64,000 nucleotides of DNA from Candidatus Hadarchaeota archaeon. Lineage in GTDB: Archaea; Hadarchaeota; Hadarchaeia; Hadarchaeales; JAGGTB01. A program made the position numbers and the translations under genes. The notes under the pieces were generated by a model that was not told the DNA's origin, did not search any database, and saw only the letters and a list, made by a program, of their open reading frames with translations. The stretch is taken from the NCBI GenBank assembly GCA_964384105.1, contig CAYLJV010000002.1:32001-96000 (forward strand). The letters are read 5' to 3'. Positions 29,981 through 40,581 of this stretch are shown here, piece after piece. Each line of letters starts with the position of its first letter. Position 1 is the stretch's first letter.

Positions 29981-31018
29981 TCAATACCCCGAGCGATTTG
30001 TATATTCACCAACAAAATTTACGTTTCTACCACATTTAGGGCATCTACTATCCTCTAGATTATACTCAGAGATCGAAAATCCATATCTGGAAACGAGAAG
30101 CTCCCCACACTCAGGACAGTATGTGTTATCTGCCTCGTGTCCTGGGACATTACCGATATAAACGTGTTTCAAACCCTCCTCCTTCGCTATTTTCAAAGCC
30201 ATCTCAAGGGTCTCAACCGGGGTGGAAGATTTATCAGACATTTTATAGGTTGGATGAAAACGACTAAAGTGAACGGGTACATAAGGGCTCACACTCTCAG
30301 CTATCCATCTACACATGTTTCTTATTTGGCTTGGATCATCATTCTCCTCTGGAATCACTAGATTGGTAATTTCTAAGTGGACACCGTTTTCTACAGCCCA
30401 CACACAGGTTTCTTTAACCGGTTCAACACTGGGGACCCCACAGATATTTTTATAAAATTCATCGTTGAAAGCTTTCAGATCAACATTCATGCCATCCAAA
30501 TAAGGCTTTAGTTCTTTCCAAGCGTCTAAATTCATGTAACCATTGGTAACGAAGACGTTGTAAAGACCACTCTCTTTGGCAAGTTTCGAGGTGTCCAAAG
30601 CGTACTCAAACCAAACCACCGGTTCAGCGTAAGTATACGCAATCCCCTGGCAGTTCGTTTCTTTTGCCATTTCAACTGCCCTTTCGGACCCTATTTCCTC
30701 AGTTCCTATTTCTTCTACACTCGCCTGCGAGATACCCCAATTTTGACAGTGTTTACACTCGAAATTACACCCGGCAGTACTCATAGAAAATGCTTTGCTT
30801 CCCGGATAAAAATGATACAGAGGTTTTTTCTCAATAGGGTCAGGATTTGCCGAGGTAGCCAATCCATAATTAATGGAATAGAGCTCACCATCAATGTTTT
30901 TTCTTGACCTGCAAAATCCTAAAGATCCAACTGAAATAATGCAATTGCGGTCACAGAGCAAACACTTCACATTATTTTCCCCAGGACCATTCTCCCAAAA
31001 TTTGGCTAATTTTCTCAT
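29981..31018 (-). CDS. amrS: AmmeMemoRadiSam system radical SAM enzyme
   Basis: DPIEKKPLYHF, CNFECKHCQN, HFSRFHP, YIGNV. Confidence 0.85.
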   Translation of the reverse strand: MRKLAKFWENGPGENNVKCLLCDRNCIISVGSLGFCRSRKNIDGELYSINYGLATSANPDPIEKKPLYHFYPGSKAFSMSTAGCNFECKHCQNWGISQASVEEIGTEEIGSERAVEMAKETNCQGIAYTYAEPVVWFEYALDTSKLAKESGLYNVFVTNGYMNLDAWKELKPYLDGMNVDLKAFNDEFYKNICGVPSVEPVKETCVWAVENGVHLEITNLVIPEENDDPSQIRNMCRWIAESVSPYVPVHFSRFHPTYKMSDKSSTPVETLEMALKIAKEEGLKHVYIGNVPGHEADNTYCPECGELLVSRYGFSISEYNLEDSRCPKCGRNVNFVGEYTNRSGY

Positions 31019-31095
31019 CTTAGTTATAAATAGAAACTTTTCAACACTTTAATCTTAACTTTCATAATCTTTCAAAGCTATATCCCAGAAAAATC

Positions 31096-31127
31096 TTAAG
31101 TAGCTTAATACATATTAAGTAACTTAA
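31096..31127. promoter_or_regulatory. double palindrome over the ribK promoter, candidate operator
   Basis: TTAAGTAGCTTAA-tacata-TTAAGTAACTTAA. Confidence 0.55.
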
Positions 31128-31147
31128 TAAAAGCGAAGGATCGAAAC

Positions 31148-32226
31148 ATGGCAGATGAAACCACACAAATACCAGTTAGAAAAGCGACTAGGCAAAAACT
31201 GAGGAATATAAGCACTAAGGGGGAAACCTACGACAAGCTGATTAACAAATTGATAACTATAAGAAAAAAGTTTGAAGATGAAGACATTGTCAGACGGTGG
31301 TTCGAGAATAATTTCGAAACCCTCGGTTTTACCGAAATAAAGGAAAATGAAAACTCAATTTCCTCAGATTACATCGGGATAAAAAACGGAACAAAAAAAA
31401 GGATAAAAATAGAACCGCTTTCGAGCAATTTCATTAAAAAAGGCCACGACTTCAAGGAAGTAGACCTCATAATCTGTATCCTAGCAGAAGAAAAACTTCC
31501 TATAGAAACAATAGAGATAACAGATATTTTATTCAAAAACGGAATTCCATCCATCAAAAGGAAAGACTACGAATACAAAGAAACTCTCCTTCTTTCAGAA
31601 TTACTCCAAATGAATGCAAACAGAAAACCTTGTAAAATAAATTTGGCGGAACTAGCTGAGAAGATTGAAATTAATGAGGAAGCAGTTTCCAACTTGCTTG
31701 CGGAACTTTCAAAAAAAGATCTAATCGAATTTCCCGAGGGTAAAGAAAAACAAATTTTGAAAATAACTGAAAAAGGTATCGAGCACTTAAAATCTCTTCG
31801 AGATAGAATAACCGAATCCCTAGAGAAATCACTTAAAGAACTGGAGATGGTAGGGACTTTAGTCTGTGGATTTGGAGAAGGTAGCTATTATGTAAAACAA
31901 GAGAAATATAGAAAACAATTCAGAGAAAAACTGGGATTTGATCCTTATCCCGGAACTCTGGATCTCAAGCTTAATAAAGAATCATTATTAATCAAAGAGA
32001 AGCTGGAAAAACTACAAGGAGAAAAAATAGAAGGATTTAAATCCGAAGAGAGAAGCTTCGGAGAAGTAGAATGCTTCCCTGCAAAGATAAACTCAGAAAA
32101 AGCAGCTATCGTTCTACCCTCTCGCACTCATCACGAAAAAGATGTAATAGAGATAATCTCACCTGTAAAAATTCGAGATAAATACAATTTAGAAGAGGGA
32201 GACGAAATTAAAGTCGAGGTCAAAAT

Positions 32227-32230
<4 letters not shown>
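31148..32230 (+). CDS. ribK: CTP-dependent riboflavin kinase/regulator (RbkR-like) with extra N-terminal RHH and nuclease-like domains
   Basis: GFGEGSYYV, LGFDPYPGTL, PSRTHH, EIISP; winged HTH ahead of the kinase domain. Confidence 0.85.
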
Positions 32231-33394
<1,164 letters not shown>

Positions 33395-33398
33395 AAAG

Positions 33399-33809
33399 AT
33401 GGTAAAATTAGGAATTTGTGCTTCTGAATTCCACTGGGACATAGTAGGTCAGATGTTAGAATATGCAAAAAGACACGCTGATTTCCTAGAAGTCGAAGTT
33501 GTAGAAGAGCTGATAGTTCCGGGAACATTTGAACTTCCATTCGCCGCAAAGAAACTGCTAAAAAACGATGAAATCGATGCTGTGGTAGCCCTGGGTGCAG
33601 TAATTGAAGGGGACACAGGACACCACGAAACCGTAATGTCACAGGCCTCGCGGAAAATCATGGATCTCTCGATAGAATCCGGGAAACCCGTTAGTTTAGG
33701 AATATCTGGGCCTGGAGAAACTCGGATGGAAGCCGAGGAAAGAATAAATGAGTACGCCAGACGCGCAGTAGAAGCTGCAGTGAAAACTGTCAAAGAAGTG
33801 AATAAATGA
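33399..33809 (+). CDS. ribH: 6,7-dimethyl-8-ribityllumazine synthase
   Basis: VPGTFELP, LGAVIEGDTGH, KPVSLGISGPG. Confidence 0.95.
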   Translation: MVKLGICASEFHWDIVGQMLEYAKRHADFLEVEVVEELIVPGTFELPFAAKKLLKNDEIDAVVALGAVIEGDTGHHETVMSQASRKIMDLSIESGKPVSLGISGPGETRMEAEERINEYARRAVEAAVKTVKEVNK

Positions 33810-34471
33810 TGAAAATTGGAATCTTTGCCTTGGGTTCGTACCATGAGCGGCACGGTCCTGCACTCCCGCCCGATACCGACGCCAAAATCGCTGAATACAT
33901 AGCAAAAAAGGTCGCGAAAAAAACTAAGGCAAACTTTCTTGGAACCTTAAAGTCAAGCTATGAACTAGCCGAGATAAAAACAGGAAAACACGACGAAATC
34001 GAAGACCTCACGGAAGAGCTGAAATCAGAAACCGAAAACGCCAAAACCAACGAGTTCACGAACATAGTTCTGATAAATGCTCACGGTGGCAATCAAGAAC
34101 TGGAAAAATTTATTCCAGAAATAGAGGAAGACCTGGGCGTGAGACTGAAGATGAACTCCACTATCTGCAATATCGAGGGTCCACATGCGGGAACTGGAGA
34201 GATTAGCATAGGAAAAATCATCGGAATTACCGACGAAAATAAAATTGAAGAGCAAAATCGGCTAGAAAAATATCCTGAGATCGGTTTTCATGGAATAAAA
34301 GAAGCCAGAAAAAAGTATCGATGGGCAGAAAAACACGCGCAGGAAGTAGAACAAGAAGAGATAAAAATCGATAACGCCACGGGGAAAAAACTCCTCAAGG
34401 AAGCGATAGAGAGCGGGATAAAATCCGTTGAGGAAATAAAAAAAGAACAAAAAAGTAGGTCTAGTCTTTAG
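33806..34471 (+). CDS. arfB: FAPy-monophosphate deformylase (creatininase family)
   Basis: GSYHERHGPALPPDTD, NAHGGN, HAGTGE; riboflavin operon context. Confidence 0.85.
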   Translation: MMKIGIFALGSYHERHGPALPPDTDAKIAEYIAKKVAKKTKANFLGTLKSSYELAEIKTGKHDEIEDLTEELKSETENAKTNEFTNIVLINAHGGNQELEKFIPEIEEDLGVRLKMNSTICNIEGPHAGTGEISIGKIIGITDENKIEEQNRLEKYPEIGFHGIKEARKKYRWAEKHAQEVEQEEIKIDNATGKKLLKEAIESGIKSVEEIKKEQKSRSSL

Positions 34472-34706
34472 ATTTCAAGTGGTCCAGATCTTCCCCAATT
34501 TCCACAAATGCCCAAGCCCAGATCAAAGCCTCGAAGCTCTCGATTAGATCATCGTTCTCAAAAAAGTGATCGGAGTCTTTTCTGTAGGATAAGGCGTTTT
34601 TCAAGATTCTTTCGCCTTCCTTATCCCCGGATCCTAACTTTGCAATTTTTTTATCCAGTTTATCGGACCATTTTTCTATTTCTCGCACTAGCTTATCTCT
34701 CAGCAT
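34461..34706 (-). CDS. DUF357 family protein
   Basis: SYRKDSDHFF...SFEALIWAW; coupled to dph5. Confidence 0.8.
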   Translation of the reverse strand: MLRDKLVREIEKWSDKLDKKIAKLGSGDKEGERILKNALSYRKDSDHFFENDDLIESFEALIWAWAFVEIGEDLDHLKSKD

Positions 34707-35484
34707 TTCTATCGATATCCTCCTTGCTAGCTCCTCCAAAAACCTCCAGGGCCTCCGCTTCTAGAAAATGAAGATTTCCGGGAACTATTAAAACGTGCGG
34801 GGGCGGACCGAAATCAAAGTCCTTTAAGTCCTGAGCTAGACCCGCTCGCACTAGTGAATCTGATTCACCGACCCTTGCAACAACAACGCAGAGTGTATCC
34901 TCAGCAAAAATTTCTCTATTTAACTTCTCCTCTAAATCGAACAGATATTTTATAGCTGAATCGGCCGTAAGGTACCTATCCTCCTCAAATTCTATATCAA
35001 GGAGAAACAATGTATGGAGGCCATGTTTTCTATTCTCCTCAAGAACCTCGTAAGGAGACTCAGATGGCTTCTCAGGAAGGGGGATAGTCGCAGTCCGTCC
35101 AAATTTATAGCTTTGAAGTCCGCAGAGCCCGGGAGCCGCACATTGTATAGAAGCTGCATGAACAACTTTAGTCTCGATATCCTTTTTCTTGGCTCTCAAC
35201 CTCAAATCCACATGAGTTGTCGCCACCATAGGGTCTCCTATAACTAAGAGAGCTACCTTGCTTTTTTCAGCTTCCTGCAATATTTCGTCTGAATTCTGCT
35301 CGATGTCCTCTCTCTTTAAAATCCGTATTGAATTTTCGATTAAATCTTCCATTTTTTTGATATCAAAGGAAGGAATCAGGCTTGTATACCTCTCCATGTA
35401 AACTCGATTTGCTTCCTTCGCCTCTCGAAGCCCTTCGAGGGAAATGCCCTCAGAACCCAGCCCTAATCCAATAAATGTCAGCAT
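34693..35484 (-). CDS. dph5: diphthine synthase
   Basis: FIGLGL, ERYTS, GDPMVATTH, GLQSYKFG, HTLFLLD, GPPPH. Confidence 0.95.
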   Translation of the reverse strand: MLTFIGLGLGSEGISLEGLREAKEANRVYMERYTSLIPSFDIKKMEDLIENSIRILKREDIEQNSDEILQEAEKSKVALLVIGDPMVATTHVDLRLRAKKKDIETKVVHAASIQCAAPGLCGLQSYKFGRTATIPLPEKPSESPYEVLEENRKHGLHTLFLLDIEFEEDRYLTADSAIKYLFDLEEKLNREIFAEDTLCVVVARVGESDSLVRAGLAQDLKDFDFGPPPHVLIVPGNLHFLEAEALEVFGGASKEDIDRNAER

Positions 35485-35564
35485 ACTAATCACAACAATC
35501 AAAAAATACGTATTCAGAGATTAAGAATTTAAGTTAAAGAAAAGAGTAGTTGGTTAGATGGTGC

Positions 35565-35641
35565 GGGCCCGTGGCTCAATCTGGCAGAGCAATCGGCTCT
35601 TAACCGATCGGTTGTGGGTTCAAATCCCACCGGGCCCGCCA
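35565..35641 (+). tRNA. tRNA-Lys(CTT)
   Basis: ATCGG-CTCTTAA-CCGAT anticodon arm; encoded CCA. Confidence 0.95.
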
Positions 35642-35738
35642 TTAAACTAATACCAAGAAAACTAGTCCTCCTTATTTTCTAACAAAAACAACGAATATTC
35701 TTTTATTCTAGACCTCGACTAACATAAACAGGTAAAAT

Positions 35739-36293
35739 ATGTCTGAAAAAGAGAAAAAAGAAGAAGAGATAGAGGAAGAAGCCGAAGAAACAGAAAAGAC
35801 GGAAGAAGAAGAGGAAGATGAAGAGGTATACGATCAAGAGTTATCTATGGGGGACATTGTAGCCGTCCCAATAATTCTGTGTCCTGAAGATCACGAACCC
35901 ATGGATATAAAGGGAGTCGAAGTAAGAGAAACCGAAGAGAAGAAATTATTCTTTAGATCAAGTACTGAAAAACACGAACATCTAAAATACGAATGTCCCG
36001 CATGCGGTAGATACTATTTCCATGACTTAGAAAGAACGAGAGAAGGATGCTTTATAGCAACTGCAGCTTATGGAACACCATTTGCTCAAGAGATCAATGT
36101 ACTTAGAAATTTCAGGGACTCATATCTAGTCCACAAGAATTGGGGAAGAAAACTGGTTTCCGTATATTACACGCTGTCACCACCAATAGCAGAGAAAATA
36201 AAAAAATCGGAACCACTAAAAAAGGCTGTCAGGACTTTTCTCACTCCAGTGGTGAAATTCTTCAAGAAGAAAGAAGAAAAAGCGAGAAAGTAA
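35739..36293 (+). CDS. acidic zinc-ribbon protein with CFI-box-CTERM domain
   Basis: CPEDH...CPAC; GCFIATAAYG...LRNFRD...YY..SPP. Confidence 0.8.
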   Translation: MSEKEKKEEEIEEEAEETEKTEEEEEDEEVYDQELSMGDIVAVPIILCPEDHEPMDIKGVEVRETEEKKLFFRSSTEKHEHLKYECPACGRYYFHDLERTREGCFIATAAYGTPFAQEINVLRNFRDSYLVHKNWGRKLVSVYYTLSPPIAEKIKKSEPLKKAVRTFLTPVVKFFKKKEEKARK

Positions 36294-36445
36294 TTTAATC
36301 CATCCTCTCCAAAAATCCCTGCGAATTTAGTTAAAATCTTTAAGGAGCTTAAAAGCAAAGGAAATTAGAGTCAGTTACGAAATAAAACATTAAGTAAAAA
36401 ATAAGAAAAACAATTTACATCTATTAGAAGTACTTATTCATCGGT

Positions 36446-36521
36446 AGCCCCGTGGTGTAGGGGTCAAGCATACGGGGTTTTGGTCCCCGCGACGGTGGTT
36501 CGAATCCGCCCGGGGCTACCA
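36446..36521 (+). tRNA. tRNA-Gln(TTG)
   Basis: AGCCCCG acceptor stem, CGGGG-TTTTGGT-CCCCG anticodon arm, CCA. Confidence 0.93.
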
Positions 36522-36644
36522 TATATCTGATCTATATCCGATCATCCACTCTTTTTTTATACGTAAGCTGAGAATATACGAAAGAAATTTTCTAGATAGT
36601 AAGTAAATTAAAAGCTAATGCACAATCTAAAATAGAAAAATCGA

Positions 36645-36720
36645 AGCCCCGTAGTGTAGTGGTCAATCATGCGAGGTTCTGGTCCTCGTGACGGTGGTTC
36701 GAATCCGCCCGGGGCTACCA
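36645..36720 (+). tRNA. tRNA-Gln(CTG)
   Basis: CGAGG-TTCTGGT-CCTCG anticodon arm, CCA. Confidence 0.93.
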
Positions 36721-36788
36721 CTAATTTCTGAATCATTACCAATAGACTAACTGTTTCACTTCAAACCAGACAAAAGCTTCAGAGAAGT

Positions 36789-37025
36789 TTACTCTACCAC
36801 TATTGCAGTATTAGAATCCACAACGCCATCGATCTCGCGAATTTCCTCTACCACAGTATTAGTAAGAGTAGACATATCATCAGCCTCGACGAAAACAACT
36901 ATATCGAACGGCCCGGTAACTATCCTAACATCTTTGACGCTACCTAGAGTTTTTATTTTATCGAAAACTTCTCTCACTTTTCCAATGGCCGAAGTCAATA
37001 ATATGTATGCCTCAACCAATTTCAT
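36789..37025 (-). CDS. stand-alone Lrp/AsnC ligand-binding (RAM) domain protein
   Basis: AYILL, VTGPFDIVV, IREIDGV. Confidence 0.85.
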   Translation of the reverse strand: MKLVEAYILLTSAIGKVREVFDKIKTLGSVKDVRIVTGPFDIVVFVEADDMSTLTNTVVEEIREIDGVVDSNTAIVVE

Positions 37026-37130
37026 TCCTCCAGCCCATATTTTTGTCTGCTACCCATATAACAGTATGGGAGTTAAATAATTTTAGAAAAATAAAGCCAA
37101 TTCTAAATAAAAAAATAAGCCAAAAATCAA

Positions 37131-37153
37131 AAGAAGGAATTTGATTCCTTCTT
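37131..37153 (-). terminator. hairpin followed by T-rich tract
   Basis: AAGAAGGAAT-TTG-ATTCCTTCTT, downstream of 37176-37367. Confidence 0.55.
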
Positions 37154-37175
37154 AGGTTGAGTTATTAATGTCGGA

Positions 37176-37367
37176 TTATATTTCCTTTATTTCTAGTTCC
37201 TTATTCAAAACCAGTTCAACCGACCTTACAACAGAACCGCCAGAACCAATAGCCTTAGCAGCCTGTCCCTCGGGGACAAAAACTGTAACTTTGTCTCCTT
37301 CTTCTTCAATATGGTCGATCTCTACATCCAACATTGTTTTCAGTTTCTCTAGGTCTTCTTCCTCCAT
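37176..37367 (-). CDS. single KH-domain protein (NusA-like KH)
   Basis: AAKAIGSGGSVVR (GxxG loop). Confidence 0.8.
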   Translation of the reverse strand: MEEEDLEKLKTMLDVEIDHIEEEGDKVTVFVPEGQAAKAIGSGGSVVRSVELVLNKELEIKEI

Positions 37368-37434
37368 TATAGTTCACTCCAGATTTTTTCCTCTTCACAT
37401 TTACATTTGCTACTTAAAAATATATAGACTAATT

Positions 37435-38136
37435 TCACCATTCAAAGCTTATATTATGCCAAGAATCGAATATTCCATCTTCAAAACGCGATTCCATGAT
37501 CTTTGTCAGGCCGGGAATATGACCTGCCCCAACTACACAAAGTATTTTTCCATTTCTTGTCTTTAACAATTCAGTTATTCTATCGGCCATGTATTGATCT
37601 CTCTCCGCTATCAAGACCTCATATGCCGTTTCAGAGAAGTCCCTGAAAGTAGTGATAAGTTCATCGACTACCTCTTCGGAGGTTAAATTTTCTATATCTA
37701 TCTCGTCTTTTGCAAGAAAGAAGGAAAAAATGACTCCAAAAATAATCTTCATCTTCTCCCAAAAACTCATCTTATCCAGCAATCTTTGAAGAGTGAAATT
37801 TATATCGCGATCTATAAGACTGATTTCTATATCATTATCCCCTGCTACGTCGACAGCTGTTAACATTTCCTCCCCAGGTATCATACCGGTCTGCTCACCT
37901 ATTTTCCTCTGAAAATATCTCAAAAATTTTGCAAATAGAACTGTGGAAGAAAACCCGGAAAAATCTTCTTTATCCTCCGATTCGCTAGTAAGTTGAACAT
38001 ATCTATCATAGCAGAGTTCAACACCAACCACTTCGGGACCCTGACTTTGTATAGTATTTCTAACCTCTACCATACTCTTGGGCAATATGTGAGCGACTCC
38101 AACTAGAATCAATCTATTTCCTATCTCTCTAATCAT
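37435..38136 (-). CDS. TraB/GumN family protein
   Basis: LVGVAH, VGVELC, PGEEM, IDRD, ERD, VVGAGH. Confidence 0.9.
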   Translation of the reverse strand: MIREIGNRLILVGVAHILPKSMVEVRNTIQSQGPEVVGVELCYDRYVQLTSESEDKEDFSGFSSTVLFAKFLRYFQRKIGEQTGMIPGEEMLTAVDVAGDNDIEISLIDRDINFTLQRLLDKMSFWEKMKIIFGVIFSFFLAKDEIDIENLTSEEVVDELITTFRDFSETAYEVLIAERDQYMADRITELLKTRNGKILCVVGAGHIPGLTKIMESRFEDGIFDSWHNISFEW

Positions 38137-38788
38137 CCGAGGACTTACCTACCTTGTAAATCAAAAGCAAGTTTTTACCAACTTTTTCACTTTTTTCGAA
38201 CTCTAAATCTATACCTTTAGAAATCTTTCCTGTACCTGTTCCCTCAACTAAGGTCCGAGCGTCCGTTCCACCTATGATTTTTGGACTTATAGCCACCCTA
38301 ATCTCATCGACCAGTCCCTGGCTCAACATGCTCCAGTTTAAAGTAGAACCCCCCTCAAGAAGAATCTTATTTAAACCGTGATCAACTAATTCTTCGACCA
38401 ATTTTTTTAAATCAACCCTATTTCTTCCTGCCACAATAACTTCTGCACCCAAGGATAGAAGACGAGCCACTGTGTCTTTTTCAGCACTCTCAGAAACAGC
38501 CAGAATAGTAGGAGCTGCATCATCTAAAACATTCGCATTCGAAGCGACTCTACCCTTACTGTCAATAACAATCCTAACGGGGTTTTTACCCGAAATCCTT
38601 CTAACAGTAAGACTAGGGTTATCCTGTATCACCGTACCAATTCCAACCATAACTCCATCAACTTCAGCTCTCAATCTATGAGTCCGGTCAAGATCTTCTT
38701 CACAGGATATTTTGCTATCTCCGTTTTTACTGGAAATCTTGCCGTCAAGGGTCATTGCCGCATTCAAAATAACGTAAGGCTTTTTCAT
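38129..38788 (-). CDS. arfC: 2,5-diamino-6-ribosylamino-4(3H)-pyrimidinone 5'-phosphate reductase
   Basis: AMTLDGKI, DNPSLTVR, EGGSTL, PKIIGG. Confidence 0.9.
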   Translation of the reverse strand: MKKPYVILNAAMTLDGKISSKNGDSKISCEEDLDRTHRLRAEVDGVMVGIGTVIQDNPSLTVRRISGKNPVRIVIDSKGRVASNANVLDDAAPTILAVSESAEKDTVARLLSLGAEVIVAGRNRVDLKKLVEELVDHGLNKILLEGGSTLNWSMLSQGLVDEIRVAISPKIIGGTDARTLVEGTGTGKISKGIDLEFEKSEKVGKNLLLIYKVGKSSDD

Positions 38789-38916
38789 CTCAATCTTGAT
38801 TTTAATTGAGGGTTAAAAACAATTATTATTAATTAAAGTCTATAAAAAGATAAGAAAATATCAAATCCTAAAAAAGCTTTAAGAATAGTTGTTATAATTC
38901 ACTAGGAGGTGTAATC

Positions 38917-39156
38917 ATGAAAGTTTCCGAATATTATGATATGCCGATATATAGCGACAAAGGACGCTATGTTGGCGAAGTCCAAGACGTAGTTCTAGAC
39001 TTAGACAAAGGAGAAGTTCTCGGTCTGGGGTTTGGAGAAAGAGAAGGAAAAGTCACCACAGTTCCATATGAAAACGTGATGGCAATTGGCGACATAATTC
39101 TCGTTAGAAGTGGCAGAAAAAAGCGCGTTGCTCCAAAAGAAGAAACCGAAGAGTAA
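38917..39156 (+). CDS. PRC-barrel domain protein
   Basis: [15 protein letters not shown]...[15 protein letters not shown]. Confidence 0.88.
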   Translation: MKVSEYYDMPIYSDKGRYVGEVQDVVLDLDKGEVLGLGFGEREGKVTTVPYENVMAIGDIILVRSGRKKRVAPKEETEE

Positions 39157-39163
39157 AGCTAAA

Positions 39164-39703
39164 ATGCTTACCGAATTTGAGGGAAAGAAACCCCAGATAC
39201 ACGAATCTGCCTTCATTCATCCTCAATCTACGATTATAGGTAACGTAGAGATAGGGGCAAATTCTAGTGTTTGGCCCGGAGCAATTCTCAGAGGCGATTT
39301 TGCGAAGGTAAAGATCGGCGAAAATACATGCATTCAGGACAATGCGGTGATAAATCCCGCAGATGTCTATTCAAATAAAAAAATAGAATACATACCAGTC
39401 GAAATCGGGGATAACGTAGTAATAGGGCCAAAAGCTCTAATTCATGGAGCTAGGGTTGCCGAAGAATGTATAATCGGAGCTGGTTCGATAGTTTTTGACG
39501 GAGCAGAGATAGAAAAACATTCTTTCGTGGGAATGGGGGCTGTTGTCCTAAAAAATACCAAAGTTTCGTCCAGGACAATCGTCGTAGGTATACCCGCAAG
39601 AACATTAAGAGAAATAGAAAAAAACGAGATAAAACACATACGAAGACAGACAGAAAACTACGTGAAGCTTGCCAAAAAGTACAAAAAAGAACTTAATATC
39701 TAG
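39164..39703 (+). CDS. gamma-carbonic anhydrase-like protein, two Zn-binding His positions replaced
   Basis: LRGD, IQDN, hexapeptide repeats, GIPA; VIN and IGP at expected His positions. Confidence 0.85.
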   Translation: MLTEFEGKKPQIHESAFIHPQSTIIGNVEIGANSSVWPGAILRGDFAKVKIGENTCIQDNAVINPADVYSNKKIEYIPVEIGDNVVIGPKALIHGARVAEECIIGAGSIVFDGAEIEKHSFVGMGAVVLKNTKVSSRTIVVGIPARTLREIEKNEIKHIRRQTENYVKLAKKYKKELNI

Positions 39704-39871
39704 AGATAGATTTTCAAAAATTTTAATTTACTATTTAAAATGAGATTATTAGTCTAAGTTTGTTACTCACTTAATTTCTGTAAAACACAAACAACGATAG
39801 AAAGCTTTAAAAACACCATATTTAAATACCCGCTTTTAAATATTTAAATAAACGACTGAGGAGGAAATCTT

Positions 39872-40405
39872 ATGGTTGATGTAAAATACGAAATACAAAA
39901 TATTGTCCTGTCGGTCACCTATGAAGACACCGAATTCGATCTAGAGAGCCTTGCAAGCATGTTAGAAGGTGCACGTTACGATCCTGAAGTTTTTCCGGGA
40001 ATTGCTTATAAATCAATTGATCCAACAGCATCCTTCCTGATATTTGCTTCAGGCAAAATGAACTGCGTAGGAGCCAAGACCATGGAAGGAGCCAAAAAAG
40101 CTATCCAAAAACTAACAGACAAGTTGAGGAACTCCGATGTAGAAATAAAAAGTGATCCGGAAGTAAAGGTCCAGAACATGGTCGCTTCTTTCGACTTCAA
40201 CAGAGAATTTGACCTAGAAAAGATAGCGAGAGGATTCCGAAACACCGAATACGAACCGGAGGTCTTCCCCGGACTAGTGTTTAGGCTTGACGAACCAAAA
40301 GTAGTGGTTCTACTATTTGTCTCTGGAAAAGGAGTCTGTGCAGGTGCTAAAAGCCAAGAGGATATAGAGAGAGCTGCCGAAAGGATAACGGAAGTAATAG
40401 AGTAG
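39872..40405 (+). CDS. tbp: TATA-box binding protein
   Basis: Two repeats: QNIV/QNMV, Y(D/E)PEVFPG, F.SGK..C.GAK. Confidence 0.96.
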   Translation: MVDVKYEIQNIVLSVTYEDTEFDLESLASMLEGARYDPEVFPGIAYKSIDPTASFLIFASGKMNCVGAKTMEGAKKAIQKLTDKLRNSDVEIKSDPEVKVQNMVASFDFNREFDLEKIARGFRNTEYEPEVFPGLVFRLDEPKVVVLLFVSGKGVCAGAKSQEDIERAAERITEVIE

Positions 40406-40581
40406 CGAAAAAGACGAAGTGGACAAATATAAAATCAAAAATCGCCTAGGTAAAATCACTAGGCACCGTTTTTTCTTATTTTTTATTAAATTTCAAAGAA
40501 GCTTTAAGACGGATTTTATCAAAATAGAAAATTATCAGTTAAATCAGTTAACCCAGAAAAGAGTAAACTCAATGGGATAAG

